From Abditibacteriota bacterium (GTDB lineage Bacteria; Armatimonadota; UBA5829), in contig JAFSVJ010000090.1 in assembly GCA_017445025.1 (NCBI GenBank), positions 156-64,155 on the forward strand: a stretch of 64,000 bases of DNA, given 5' to 3'. Shown piece by piece: positions 38,900 to 47,735 of this stretch (the stretch's first letter is position 1; every line of letters begins with the position of its first letter). A program made the position numbers and the translations under genes. The notes beneath the pieces were generated by a model. The model searched no databases. It saw nothing but the letters and a program-made list of their open reading frames with translations, and was not told the DNA's origin.

Positions 38900-40099
38900 T
38901 TATTTTCCGGTTACAACGGAAACTGTTTCAAGGGCTATCATAAGCTCCTCGTTTGTTGGTATAACCAAAGCTTTTCCGCTGTTATCCGTAGTTAAATCGG
39001 CTCTTTCACCCATAACCTTATTCTTTTCCGGGTCAAGGTGAACGCCCAAAAATTCCATGTTTGTTAAAACGCCTCTTCTGACAGGTTCGGAGTTTTCTCC
39101 GATACCGCCTGTAAAGACAATGGCATCAACTCCGTTCATAGCTGCCGCATAAGCACCGATAAACTTCTTAATACTATATACAAGCATATCATAGGTAAGT
39201 TTGCATCTCTCGTCGCCATTGCCCATACCTTCAATAATATCTCTCATATCACTGCTTTTGCCGCTAATACCCAAAAGACCGGACTTTTTGTTAAGAATTT
39301 TGTCCATTTCTTCGGGAGAGATATTGTGCTTTGCTTCAATAAAAGTAATGGCTGAAGGGTCAACGTCACCGGCACGGGTTCCCATAATAAGACCGGGCTC
39401 GGGAGTCAATCCCATGGTTGTATCAATAACCTTTCCGCCTTTAACGGCAGCAATAGAGGAACCGTTTCCTAAGTGGCAGGTAATAATCTTGCTGTCTTCA
39501 GGCTTTACTCCATAATCTTTTTTAAGCCATTCTAAAGCTTCTTTTGTAATAAATTTGTGACTTGTGCCGTGGAAACCGTATCTGCGGACACCGTTTTCTT
39601 CATAATATTTATATGGAAGAGCATACATATAGGCATGCTTGGGCATGGTTTGATGGAAAGCTGTATCAAAAACAGCAACTTGTGGAGCTTTTGTAATTTC
39701 CATACAGGCCTTAATACCTAAGGCATTGGCAGGGTTGTGAAGAGGAGCAAGAGCTGATAAGTCGTCAATATCTTTAAGAGCTTTTTCGTCAAGGAGAACA
39801 GGGTCAGAATATTTTTCTCCGCCGTGAACAACTCTGTGACCTATGGCATCAATTTCATCAACGCTTTTAATGGCACCGCTTTCAGGGTTGGTTAAAGCGT
39901 CAAATAAGATTTTCAGAGCCACACTGTGGTCTGCCATTTGAATATCTTTTTTATATTTTTCTTTTCCTTTGTAAGCAAAGTTTCCGCCGTCAAGACCAAT
40001 TCTGTCACATTGACCTTTTGCAAGAACATCTTCCGTTTCACTGTCAATAAGTTGAAATTTTAATGAAGAAGATCCGGAATTTAATACCAATACTTTCAT
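38900..40099 (-). CDS. ackA: Acetate kinase
   Basis: 399 aa, N-terminus MKVLVLNSGSSSLKFQL, typical AckA sequence throughout. Confidence 0.95.
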   Translation of the reverse strand: MKVLVLNSGSSSLKFQLIDSETEDVLAKGQCDRIGLDGGNFAYKGKEKYKKDIQMADHSVALKILFDALTNPESGAIKSVDEIDAIGHRVVHGGEKYSDPVLLDEKALKDIDDLSALAPLHNPANALGIKACMEITKAPQVAVFDTAFHQTMPKHAYMYALPYKYYEENGVRRYGFHGTSHKFITKEALEWLKKDYGVKPEDSKIITCHLGNGSSIAAVKGGKVIDTTMGLTPEPGLIMGTRAGDVDPSAITFIEAKHNISPEEMDKILNKKSGLLGISGKSSDMRDIIEGMGNGDERCKLTYDMLVYSIKKFIGAYAAAMNGVDAIVFTGGIGENSEPVRRGVLTNMEFLGVHLDPEKNKVMGERADLTTDNSGKALVIPTNEELMIALETVSVVTGK

Positions 40100-40325
40100 T
40101 TTTTCCTCTGAATATAATTATTAAAGTAAATATCTTTCTCTAAATTTAATATTACACCATTTATATTATATCACTTTATAACAATATTTTTCAATTTTTA
40201 AAAAAACAGAGATTTAACCGATTTGTTTAGAAATTATATGTTTTTAAAATTCGGTAATTTTTTATTTATAATGAGAGAAAAAAACGACAGTTTAAATATT
40301 ATTTTAGATTTATTCATAAATAATC

Positions 40326-40354
40326 TTGTAATATCATTTTAGTTGTGGTATAAT
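40326..40354 (+). promoter_or_regulatory. Promoter (TTGTAA-17-TGgTATAAT)
   Basis: Extended -10 at 40346..40354, ~80 nt upstream of the 40436 ATG. Confidence 0.5.
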
Positions 40355-40435
40355 ATAATTGGAATTGGTTATTTTAATAAAGTGATTAATAAATAATAAT
40401 TGTGACAGAAGAAATTAAATAAGAGGAGGCTTTAA

Positions 40436-40840
40436 ATGACGAACATTTTAAATTCAATATTTTTGATAGGAGCCGGTATTATAGGTATAATAATAGGGAT
40501 TTCTTTATTATTTATTGCAGGAAGTTTTTATTCTGACATTGTTTATCGTATTATTCATCTTGGTTTAGTGAATAAATTATTTGATGAAACTCTTCATTTA
40601 AAATGGTTGGGGGTAATAATAGAGATTCCTCTGTTTATTGTTTCATGTTTTGGTTATTTTTATTGTTATTATAAATTTATTCCGGAAATTCTTGGAACCG
40701 TTTTGGGAATAGCCGGAACTGTAATATATATAATACTTTATATTTGTATGATAAAAATGAAAGTTGGTGACGAATATTATAATTTTTTCAGCCGTCACAG
40801 TGGTGGTGATATGGACGGAGATATGGGTCAGGATATGTAA
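40436..40840 (+). CDS. Small polytopic membrane protein
   Basis: 134 aa. An AGGAGG RBS is present. It has 3-4 TM helices and a tail GGDMDGDMGQDM. Confidence 0.55.
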   Translation: MTNILNSIFLIGAGIIGIIIGISLLFIAGSFYSDIVYRIIHLGLVNKLFDETLHLKWLGVIIEIPLFIVSCFGYFYCYYKFIPEILGTVLGIAGTVIYIILYICMIKMKVGDEYYNFFSRHSGGDMDGDMGQDM

Positions 40841-40867
40841 AAAAAGCCTCCCAATGAGAGGCTTTTT
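40841..40867. terminator. Bidirectional terminator between convergent genes
   Basis: An A5 run, AGCCTC-7 nt loop-GAGGCT, then T5. Confidence 0.7.
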
Positions 40868-42362
40868 AATATCTTATTATTTTACATTCTTTGGGAACAC
40901 ATGCTTCTCCTAAATCGAGTTCTTTGGGAGCTTTAATCATTTTAAGATTTGAACAATCGACAAAAGCAGCTAAACCGATTAGTTTAACATTTTTAGGAAT
41001 AACTATTTTTTCAAGACTTTTACAACCCATAAATGTAGCAACATATATCATTTCCAGACTGTTTGGTAAATTAATTTCTTTTAAATTGTGACTTTGTTGA
41101 AATGTTCCGGTAAATAAGGCTTGGATTCCTTCAGGAATTGTGACACTTTCAAGATAATCACAACCATCAAAAGCTAAATCAGGAATAAGATTAACACTTT
41201 GAGGAACAATAAATTCTTTTATTTCTTTTGCCGGTGGAAATGTAATAAGAACAGTTTTATCTTTATTATAAAATACACCATCTACCGAGGTAAAATTAAT
41301 ATTGTCAGGACTTATATTTATTTCTTTAAGGGCTGAATTAATCCAAAAGGCACCTCTGCCTATGTCAGTTACCTTATCTGAAATAATTATTTTTTCAATT
41401 AGATTACAACTAAAGAAAGCTTTATCTGCAATTTCTGTGACGCTATCTGGAACTATAAATGTTTTATCTTTTTTGTTTTCAGGGTATCTTATTAATATTG
41501 TTTTTTCTTTATTGTATAAAACTCCTTCAACTGAAGAATAATAAGGATTATCATCATCAACATTTATTTCTTCAAGATTATAACAAGTGTCAAAACTTTC
41601 TTTATCAATTTCAGATATATTTTTAGAAATATTGATTGTTTTAAGATCAGAACAACAACTAAAGCCATTTATTTTTGTAAATTGGTCAGGAACATTAAAA
41701 GTAGTATCAATGTCAAGTCTTGAAATAGACTGTCCGTCATCAAAAAATGCCATTCCATATCCAAAAACTTTACAATCTTCCGGTAAAGACTCCATATAAA
41801 AATCAAGTCCTATAGGAACTAATACCATATTTAGGCTTTCACAATCTTTAAAAACATCTGTGCCTATTTCTCTAACGCTCAGTGGTATAAGAACTTTTTT
41901 TAGATTTATACATTTTTCAAATGCATTATCTTCAATTTCTATTACACTATCCGGGAGATTTATTTTTTTGAGGCTGACGCAAGCATCAAATGCGTATGCT
42001 TCTATTACTTCAACACTATCCGGAATATTTATTTTTTCCAAACTGAAACAATAATCAAATACAGCTCTTTTAATTCTTACTATTCCATCCGGAATCTTAA
42101 TTTTATTAAGTTTAACACAACCTGAAAACAATCCGGGTTCTAATTCTTCTAAATTGTTTGATAGTTTTACAGATTCAAGTTCCATACAATTCATAAAAGC
42201 GGTCATACCTATTTTTTTTACCGTATTTGGAATAACTACCTTTGTAATTGATGTTTTTTTAAATGCATTTTCTGCTATTTCTATAACACCTTTAGGTATA
42301 ATAATTTCTTTTTCATTTCCGGTATATTTAAGAAGAATATTGTTCTCAATCTTAAAACCCAT
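40866..42362 (-). CDS. BspA-type leucine-rich-repeat protein with no obvious signal peptide
   Basis: 498 aa composed almost entirely of ~23-aa LRR_5 repeats (IP.sV..I...AF..C..L..i). Confidence 0.8.
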   Translation of the reverse strand: MGFKIENNILLKYTGNEKEIIIPKGVIEIAENAFKKTSITKVVIPNTVKKIGMTAFMNCMELESVKLSNNLEELEPGLFSGCVKLNKIKIPDGIVRIKRAVFDYCFSLEKINIPDSVEVIEAYAFDACVSLKKINLPDSVIEIEDNAFEKCINLKKVLIPLSVREIGTDVFKDCESLNMVLVPIGLDFYMESLPEDCKVFGYGMAFFDDGQSISRLDIDTTFNVPDQFTKINGFSCCSDLKTINISKNISEIDKESFDTCYNLEEINVDDDNPYYSSVEGVLYNKEKTILIRYPENKKDKTFIVPDSVTEIADKAFFSCNLIEKIIISDKVTDIGRGAFWINSALKEINISPDNINFTSVDGVFYNKDKTVLITFPPAKEIKEFIVPQSVNLIPDLAFDGCDYLESVTIPEGIQALFTGTFQQSHNLKEINLPNSLEMIYVATFMGCKSLEKIVIPKNVKLIGLAAFVDCSNLKMIKAPKELDLGEACVPKECKIIRY

Positions 42363-42511
42363 AATTTTGCCTCTATGATTTATTTTCTACTTATATTATA
42401 TCATAATAAAAACAAAAAAGCAATTAAAAATAAGGTATTTTTAAATATTATTGATTTGTGTCGTTTTTTTATTACTTTTAGAGGAATGTTTTTTGATTTG
42501 TAAGGTAGATA

Positions 42512-42537
42512 TAAAAAAAGTGGAGCCTTAGCTCCAC
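42512..42537 (-). terminator. Terminator after pta, built from a repeat-family hairpin
   Basis: On the minus strand: AAAATTGTGGAGC-taag-GCTCCAC followed by T7. The hairpin matches the module at 22214..22231. Confidence 0.7.
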
Positions 42538-42555
42538 AATTTTGTATTTTATAAA

Positions 42556-43554
42556 TTAGTATAAAGCTTGGCAGGCTGTTATGGCAACAACATTCATAAT
42601 GTCACTGGCTTTACAACCACGAGATAGGTCGTTAACAGGCTTCTTTAATCCTTGTAAAACAGGACCGTAGGCTTCAGCCTTGGCAAGTCTTTCGGTTAAC
42701 TTGTAAGCAATGTTTCCGCAGTTAAGGTCCGGGAATATTAAAACATTTGCTTTACCGGCAACGGGAGAGCCGGGAGCCTTGCTGGCACCTATAGCCTCAA
42801 TTAAAGCGGCATCAGCTTGAAGTTCACCGTCAATGCAGAGATTTGGACATCTTTCTTTTGCTATATTTGTAGCTTCAATAACTTTATCAATAATCGGGTC
42901 GTGAGCGGAGCCCTTTGTTGATAAGGATAACATGGCAACCTTAGGGTCAATGCCGCAAAGCTTTTCCATAGTAATGGAGGATTGAATAGCAATTTCTGCC
43001 AATTCTTGAGGGTTGGGGTTAATAACCAAACCGCTGTCGGCATAAATGAAAACTCCGTTTGCACCATAGGGGCAGTCGGGAACTATCATTAAGAAAAATG
43101 CGGAAACACATTGGCAACCGGGGGCAGCTTTAAGAATTTGAAGAGCAGGTCTGATGGTGTCGGCAGTAGAGTGACTTGCACCGGAAACCTGACCGTCAGC
43201 CATACCTTCGTTAACCATCATACAACCAAAGTATAGAGGTTGTTCCATGAAAGTTTTGGCTTTTTCCATGGTCATACCTTTTTTCTCTCTCATCTTACAG
43301 AATTTTTCTGTAAATTCGTCAAAATATTCGCTTTTGGTATGATCAATGATTTTACAACCGGATATATCTGCACCGGATTCCTTTACTGCTTTTTCAATTA
43401 ATTCTTCTTTTTGAATTAATACCACATTTGCCAGTCCTTCTTTAACTACCATTTCGGCAGCTTGAACGGTTCTGACATCTTCTGCTTCGGGAAGACAGAT
43501 GGTAAGTTTGGCATCTCTTGCTTTAGCATAGATGCGTTCCATAACTGAGTTCAT
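42556..43554 (-). CDS. pta: Phosphate acetyltransferase
   Basis: 332-aa PTA_PTB fold sequence (..ICLPEAED.R...A......G.A..VLI..). Confidence 0.93.
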   Translation of the reverse strand: MNSVMERIYAKARDAKLTICLPEAEDVRTVQAAEMVVKEGLANVVLIQKEELIEKAVKESGADISGCKIIDHTKSEYFDEFTEKFCKMREKKGMTMEKAKTFMEQPLYFGCMMVNEGMADGQVSGASHSTADTIRPALQILKAAPGCQCVSAFFLMIVPDCPYGANGVFIYADSGLVINPNPQELAEIAIQSSITMEKLCGIDPKVAMLSLSTKGSAHDPIIDKVIEATNIAKERCPNLCIDGELQADAALIEAIGASKAPGSPVAGKANVLIFPDLNCGNIAYKLTERLAKAEAYGPVLQGLKKPVNDLSRGCKASDIMNVVAITACQALY

Positions 43555-43656
43555 AATTAACCTTCTTATTGAAATATTTTATATTCTTAAATTTTGTTAT
43601 TCCCCTTATATTCCTACTCACGTAGCAGAGGGCCGGGGAGTGGACCGCTTTTTGCT

Positions 43657-44307
43657 TTAATTGTCGTAGCCTACATATTCGTCATCGTCAGAGTCATCAT
43701 AAGGGTTTCCTTGAGGTGAGGGCTCTTGACGAGGTTGATAGTTTCTGTCGTCGGCAACATTATATCTGCTTTCGGTTGATTGAAGTTGATTTATAATTTT
43801 ATGTTTGGCGTCCATTGTATCGTTTTTAAGATAATCTATTCCGTTAAGAATGGAATCAAAGGCACCTTCAACATAATTGTTGGCGTAAGCAATAGCGCTT
43901 TTAGCTTGTTTGGTAGCATCCATAATGGCGTCATTGGCTTCTTGGTTAGCTTTTTTCATCACATAAGTGTCACTGACCAATCTTTCTGCTTCACGCTCTG
44001 CGGCTTCTATAATGGCTGCGGCTCTTGAGTCTGCTTGTGCAACAATACTGTCTGCTCTTTGGTTGGCTTCGGAAATTATACTATCTCTTCTTGCCACTAT
44101 ATCTTGAGCTGTGGTAATTTCGTCGGGCAATTCACTTTGGATTTTGTTAATTATGACAATGGCGTCGTCGTCTTTAATCCAACTATAGCCCAAAAATCCC
44201 GGAGCGTCTTCGATAGAATCCACAAGATTTTCTATATATTTATTGATCTTGCTGACAGCAACTCCACCTTTTTCCATAATACTCTTAGGTGATTTTTTAT
44301 TGTCCAT
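43657..44307 (-). CDS. Coiled-coil protein of unknown function with ATPase b/E-subunit-like Ala/Glu-rich helices
   Basis: 216 aa with long helical repeats (RADSIVAQADSRAAAIIEAAEREAERL) and an acidic tail. It overlaps the coaD stop by 11 nt. Confidence 0.5.
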   Translation of the reverse strand: MDNKKSPKSIMEKGGVAVSKINKYIENLVDSIEDAPGFLGYSWIKDDDAIVIINKIQSELPDEITTAQDIVARRDSIISEANQRADSIVAQADSRAAAIIEAAEREAERLVSDTYVMKKANQEANDAIMDATKQAKSAIAYANNYVEGAFDSILNGIDYLKNDTMDAKHKIINQLQSTESRYNVADDRNYQPRQEPSPQGNPYDDSDDDEYVGYDN

Positions 44308-44800
44308 TTGATGCCTTCCTTTTTTCGGCGATTTTATTCTTTAAAGGTTCTATAACGCAGGGGGGAACAAGGCCTTCAGGAGATGCGTTGAAAAGAACCA
44401 AATCTTTTACCGTTGATGAACTTATGAAAGAATGTTCCGCACGGGTCATCAAAAACATAGTTTCAACATCTTCAGCAAGCCTTTTGTTCATTAATGCCAT
44501 TTGAAATTCATATTCAAAATCCGTTAAAGCACGAAGTCCTTTAATGGCAACTTTTGCTTCATGTTCTTTACAAAAATCTACCAAAAGCCCGGAAAAAGAA
44601 CTGACTTCCACGTTTGGTATATTTTTGGTAGCCTCTTTAATGAGATCCATTTTTTCTTCAATGGTAAAAAGAGGTTTTTTTGAAGGGTTTATGGCACAAG
44701 CTACAATTACTTTGTCAAAGATTTTACTTGCTCGCTCAATAATATCCAAATGACCATTGGTAATAGGGTCGAAACTACCCGGATAAACGGCAATATTCAT
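44297..44800 (-). CDS. coaD: Phosphopantetheine adenylyltransferase
   Basis: 167 aa, N-terminus AVYPGSFDPITNGHLDII. Confidence 0.93.
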   Translation of the reverse strand: MNIAVYPGSFDPITNGHLDIIERASKIFDKVIVACAINPSKKPLFTIEEKMDLIKEATKNIPNVEVSSFSGLLVDFCKEHEAKVAIKGLRALTDFEYEFQMALMNKRLAEDVETMFLMTRAEHSFISSSTVKDLVLFNASPEGLVPPCVIEPLKNKIAEKRKASNGQ

Positions 44801-44847
44801 TTAATTTTTTATATCCTTGTTTATAATTTGATAATATATCTATGATA

Positions 44848-44876
44848 ATTATACCACTTTTAAGGTTTTTTTTCAA
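44848..44876 (-). promoter_or_regulatory. Promoter of the coaD operon (TTGAAA-17-TGgTATAAT on the minus strand)
   Basis: The reverse complement of 44848..44856 is TGGTATAAT, and TTGAAA lies 17 nt upstream of it. Confidence 0.55.
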
Positions 44877-44974
44877 TTTATAAAAGGGGTGGATAAAAAA
44901 ATATATATTTATATGTTATTTTTTGTCACAAAAAGTGTAAATTCTTTTAGTAGGTAAAATGGTTTTTAAAAGGC

Positions 44975-45004
44975 AAAAAAAGTGGCTTGGCACAGAGCCA
45001 AGCC
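44975..45004 (-). terminator. Rho-independent terminator after 45055..46419
   Basis: On the minus strand: GGCTTGGC-5 nt loop-GCCAAGCC followed by a T-run. Confidence 0.65.
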
Positions 45005-45054
45005 CAAAAAAGTAATATGTTAAGATATATTATAAAAACCAAATGTATCTCGGT

Positions 45055-46419
45055 TTATTTTCGTTTGTGAGTGGATCTTTCTTCCCTTTTACTTTTTTTC
45101 TCTTCCTTTCTTGTTTCCCGTTTCGTTGTGGTGGTTTTTGTGGAAGGTTTGTTTGTATCGTATCTCTTTACATGGCTTCCTTCGTCAGTTCGCTTTACGG
45201 GAGATACTCCGCTTCCTTGATCCATTCTTTTAACACCGGTGTCCGTTTTCCTTGTATCTATTCTGTCGTGGGTGAGTTTAGTATCTTGTCTTGGACGTTC
45301 CCAGGTGTATCTTTCATCATCTTTTCTCGGAGTCACTCTTTCCACAGGGCGTCTGTCCTTGATTATGGTTTGAGTGTGATCTTTGTCCTTTTTTTCTATT
45401 TCAATTCTTTTTGGTGTGGCATGATATCTGGTATCATCTCTTTGGGGACCGTAATATCTCTTATCTGTTAAATCTTTTTTGTAAAACGGACTTCTCTTGT
45501 AATCTATTTTAAGAGGGTTCATCTTTTCTTCTTCAAAGAGAGGTCGTCTTTCTTGTGCCATTCTTTCTGAGAAGGTGTGTATTCTTCTTGGTTTTTTGGG
45601 TGGTTTGATTCGTTCAAATTCCACTAAGGTGTGAATTATATTGTCACGATGGTGACTGTCATATCCCCAAAATACAAAGGGGTTGGGGCGATCGTCAAAT
45701 TTTAAGACCCTTCTCGGTGGATTGTTATATGATCTGTAAACCTTTATAACTCTGTCATGATATGTGTGATAATCACTTCTCACCGGTTCCATATATGGAT
45801 ATAATTGGTATAAGAATAAGAGAGCTGCCAAAAGGTTTACGCTGTCATAAGTATTACCTGAGTATGGGGAAACTTTTTTGTCATAATAGTAATCGGAAGC
45901 GTAGTCATACTGAGGTTTGTTGTTCCAATATGTATATTCTACTATGTCAAGATCGTTGTAAACATATCTGTCATCATACCAAGTGTCTCCAATTTCCCAG
46001 TCTATCACATCATTTGCCACCAAACTCATAAGCAAAGCATCGGAAATGAGAATATTCCTGTCTAAAAGTCCGTAGCTGAGTCTTGAACCGTAGAGTTCAT
46101 ATCCGTCCTTGTCTATACACATTATTGTGGGAAATTCCGTTACACCAAAGACTTGAGAGATAATCCTATTTTCTTCAAAGGAGTTGTCAACAATAACCCA
46201 CATTACATCTTCTGTGGCAGCTATTAATTGACCGTTAAGAAGAATTTCATCTCTCATTTTGTAAGTAGCATCATTGTCGTCTATAAACCACAAAATGACA
46301 TTTATTTTATTTATTCTTGCATAAGTAATTGCGTCGGTGCAATAGGGAGTCACTTGCAGGTCCGCGGAAAAGACTCCCACGCAGAGCAAAAGTAATACTC
46401 CAATTAATATTTTTTTCAT
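45055..46419 (-). CDS. Secreted protein with a thioredoxin-fold-like N-terminal region and a highly charged low-complexity C-terminus
   Basis: It has a signal peptide (MKKILIGVLLLLCVGVFSA). The last ~170 aa are dominated by R/K/D/E/T/P. No CxxC motif was seen. Confidence 0.55.
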   Translation of the reverse strand: MKKILIGVLLLLCVGVFSADLQVTPYCTDAITYARINKINVILWFIDDNDATYKMRDEILLNGQLIAATEDVMWVIVDNSFEENRIISQVFGVTEFPTIMCIDKDGYELYGSRLSYGLLDRNILISDALLMSLVANDVIDWEIGDTWYDDRYVYNDLDIVEYTYWNNKPQYDYASDYYYDKKVSPYSGNTYDSVNLLAALLFLYQLYPYMEPVRSDYHTYHDRVIKVYRSYNNPPRRVLKFDDRPNPFVFWGYDSHHRDNIIHTLVEFERIKPPKKPRRIHTFSERMAQERRPLFEEEKMNPLKIDYKRSPFYKKDLTDKRYYGPQRDDTRYHATPKRIEIEKKDKDHTQTIIKDRRPVERVTPRKDDERYTWERPRQDTKLTHDRIDTRKTDTGVKRMDQGSGVSPVKRTDEGSHVKRYDTNKPSTKTTTTKRETRKEEKKSKREERSTHKRK

Positions 46420-46682
46420 TTTTAATCACCTTTTTTCTTATTTTTAATTTTATCTCTCACTTATATTATACCACTTTTTCGGAATTTTTGTTTCATTTAA
46501 GCATGATATACAAAAAAGAGAGAGCATAAAGTATAAATTTCTTTTCACTATCATTTGTTAAAATTTTATCAGGTTTCTTATTAATTAAGACAATTATCAA
46601 TCAAAAAAACCTTCTTTTGAAATTAGCTTTTTGTTTTTTTACGAACAATACTTTTGAATTATATGTGTGTTCTTCTTTAAAT

Positions 46683-46711
46683 TTGCATTTTTGCCATAAA
46701 AAAAGTATAAT
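46683..46711 (+). promoter_or_regulatory. pfkA promoter (TTGCAT-17-TATAAT)
   Basis: The hexamers have 17-nt spacing and sit ~35 nt upstream of the ATG. Confidence 0.5.
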
Positions 46712-46745
46712 AAAAATGGAAATAAGAAAAAGGATATAATTAAAT

Positions 46746-47735
46746 ATGTCAAAAAAAATTAAAAAAATCGGAGTTCTAACCAGTGGTGGAGACGCTCCCG
46801 GAATGAATGCAGCCATAAGAGGTGTGGTCAGAACAGCTATATCAAATGATGTGGATGTATATGGAATTCATTGGGGATACCAAGGTCTTATGGAAGGGAA
46901 AATCGAACAGATGAACGCTCGAGACGTTAGTGGTTTCGGTTCTCTCGGTGGAACAAAATTGGGTTCTGCCCGTTCTCCGGAATTTAAGACAGAAGAAGGA
47001 ATTAAAAAGGCTATAGAATATTTGAAAGCTTTTGAAATAGAGGGTTTGGTAGTCATAGGCGGTGACGGTTCTTTGAGAGGTGCAATGGATTTGCACAACA
47101 GAGGAATTAAAGTTGTGGGTATTCCCGCATCTATTGATAATGATATTGCTCATACTGATTTTTCAATAGGTTCAGATACGGCTCTTAACACTATTTTGGA
47201 TGCTTTGGACAAGATAAGAGACACTGCTTCAGCACATTACCGTGGTTTTGTTTTGGAAGTTATGGGTAATAAAAACGGATATTTGGCTCTCACTTCAGGA
47301 ACTGCCGGTGGTGCCGAACTTATTATTGTTCCCAGCACGAAAATAGATAAAGATAAGATTATTCATCAAATAAAATCAGCCTTCTTGAGAAAGAAATCTT
47401 CCTTTATTGCTGTATGTGCGGAAGGTGCTTCCACTCCCGAGCAAAATATTTCCGATCTCATTGTCAGCTATATAAAGGAAGCGGGCTTTGAGTGCAGAAA
47501 AACTGTTTTGGGACATGTTCAAAGAGGTGGAAAGCCTACGGGAAGAGACAGAATCTTAGGCAATGCTTTTGGTCATGCAGCTGTAATACAACTCATAAAG
47601 GGTAATTCCGGAATTATGGTTGGAGATGTGGGAAACAATATTGAATGCACTCCCATTCCAAAGGTATGTGAAGATACAAAGAACATAAAACTTCCGAAAG
47701 AAGTATTGGATGTTATAGACGACTTAATGATATGA
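46746..47735 (+). CDS. pfkA: ATP-dependent 6-phosphofructokinase
   Basis: 329 aa with GVLTSGGDAPGMNAAIRG, GGDGS and MG.K.G. Confidence 0.93.
   Translation: MSKKIKKIGVLTSGGDAPGMNAAIRGVVRTAISNDVDVYGIHWGYQGLMEGKIEQMNARDVSGFGSLGGTKLGSARSPEFKTEEGIKKAIEYLKAFEIEGLVVIGGDGSLRGAMDLHNRGIKVVGIPASIDNDIAHTDFSIGSDTALNTILDALDKIRDTASAHYRGFVLEVMGNKNGYLALTSGTAGGAELIIVPSTKIDKDKIIHQIKSAFLRKKSSFIAVCAEGASTPEQNISDLIVSYIKEAGFECRKTVLGHVQRGGKPTGRDRILGNAFGHAAVIQLIKGNSGIMVGDVGNNIECTPIPKVCEDTKNIKLPKEVLDVIDDLMI

Noticed and set aside
45043-45471. 142-aa plus-strand ORF rich in F/S/C
   Set aside because: It is a shadow of the charged low-complexity tail of the minus-strand gene 45055..46419, arising from the complement of AAG/AGA-rich codons.
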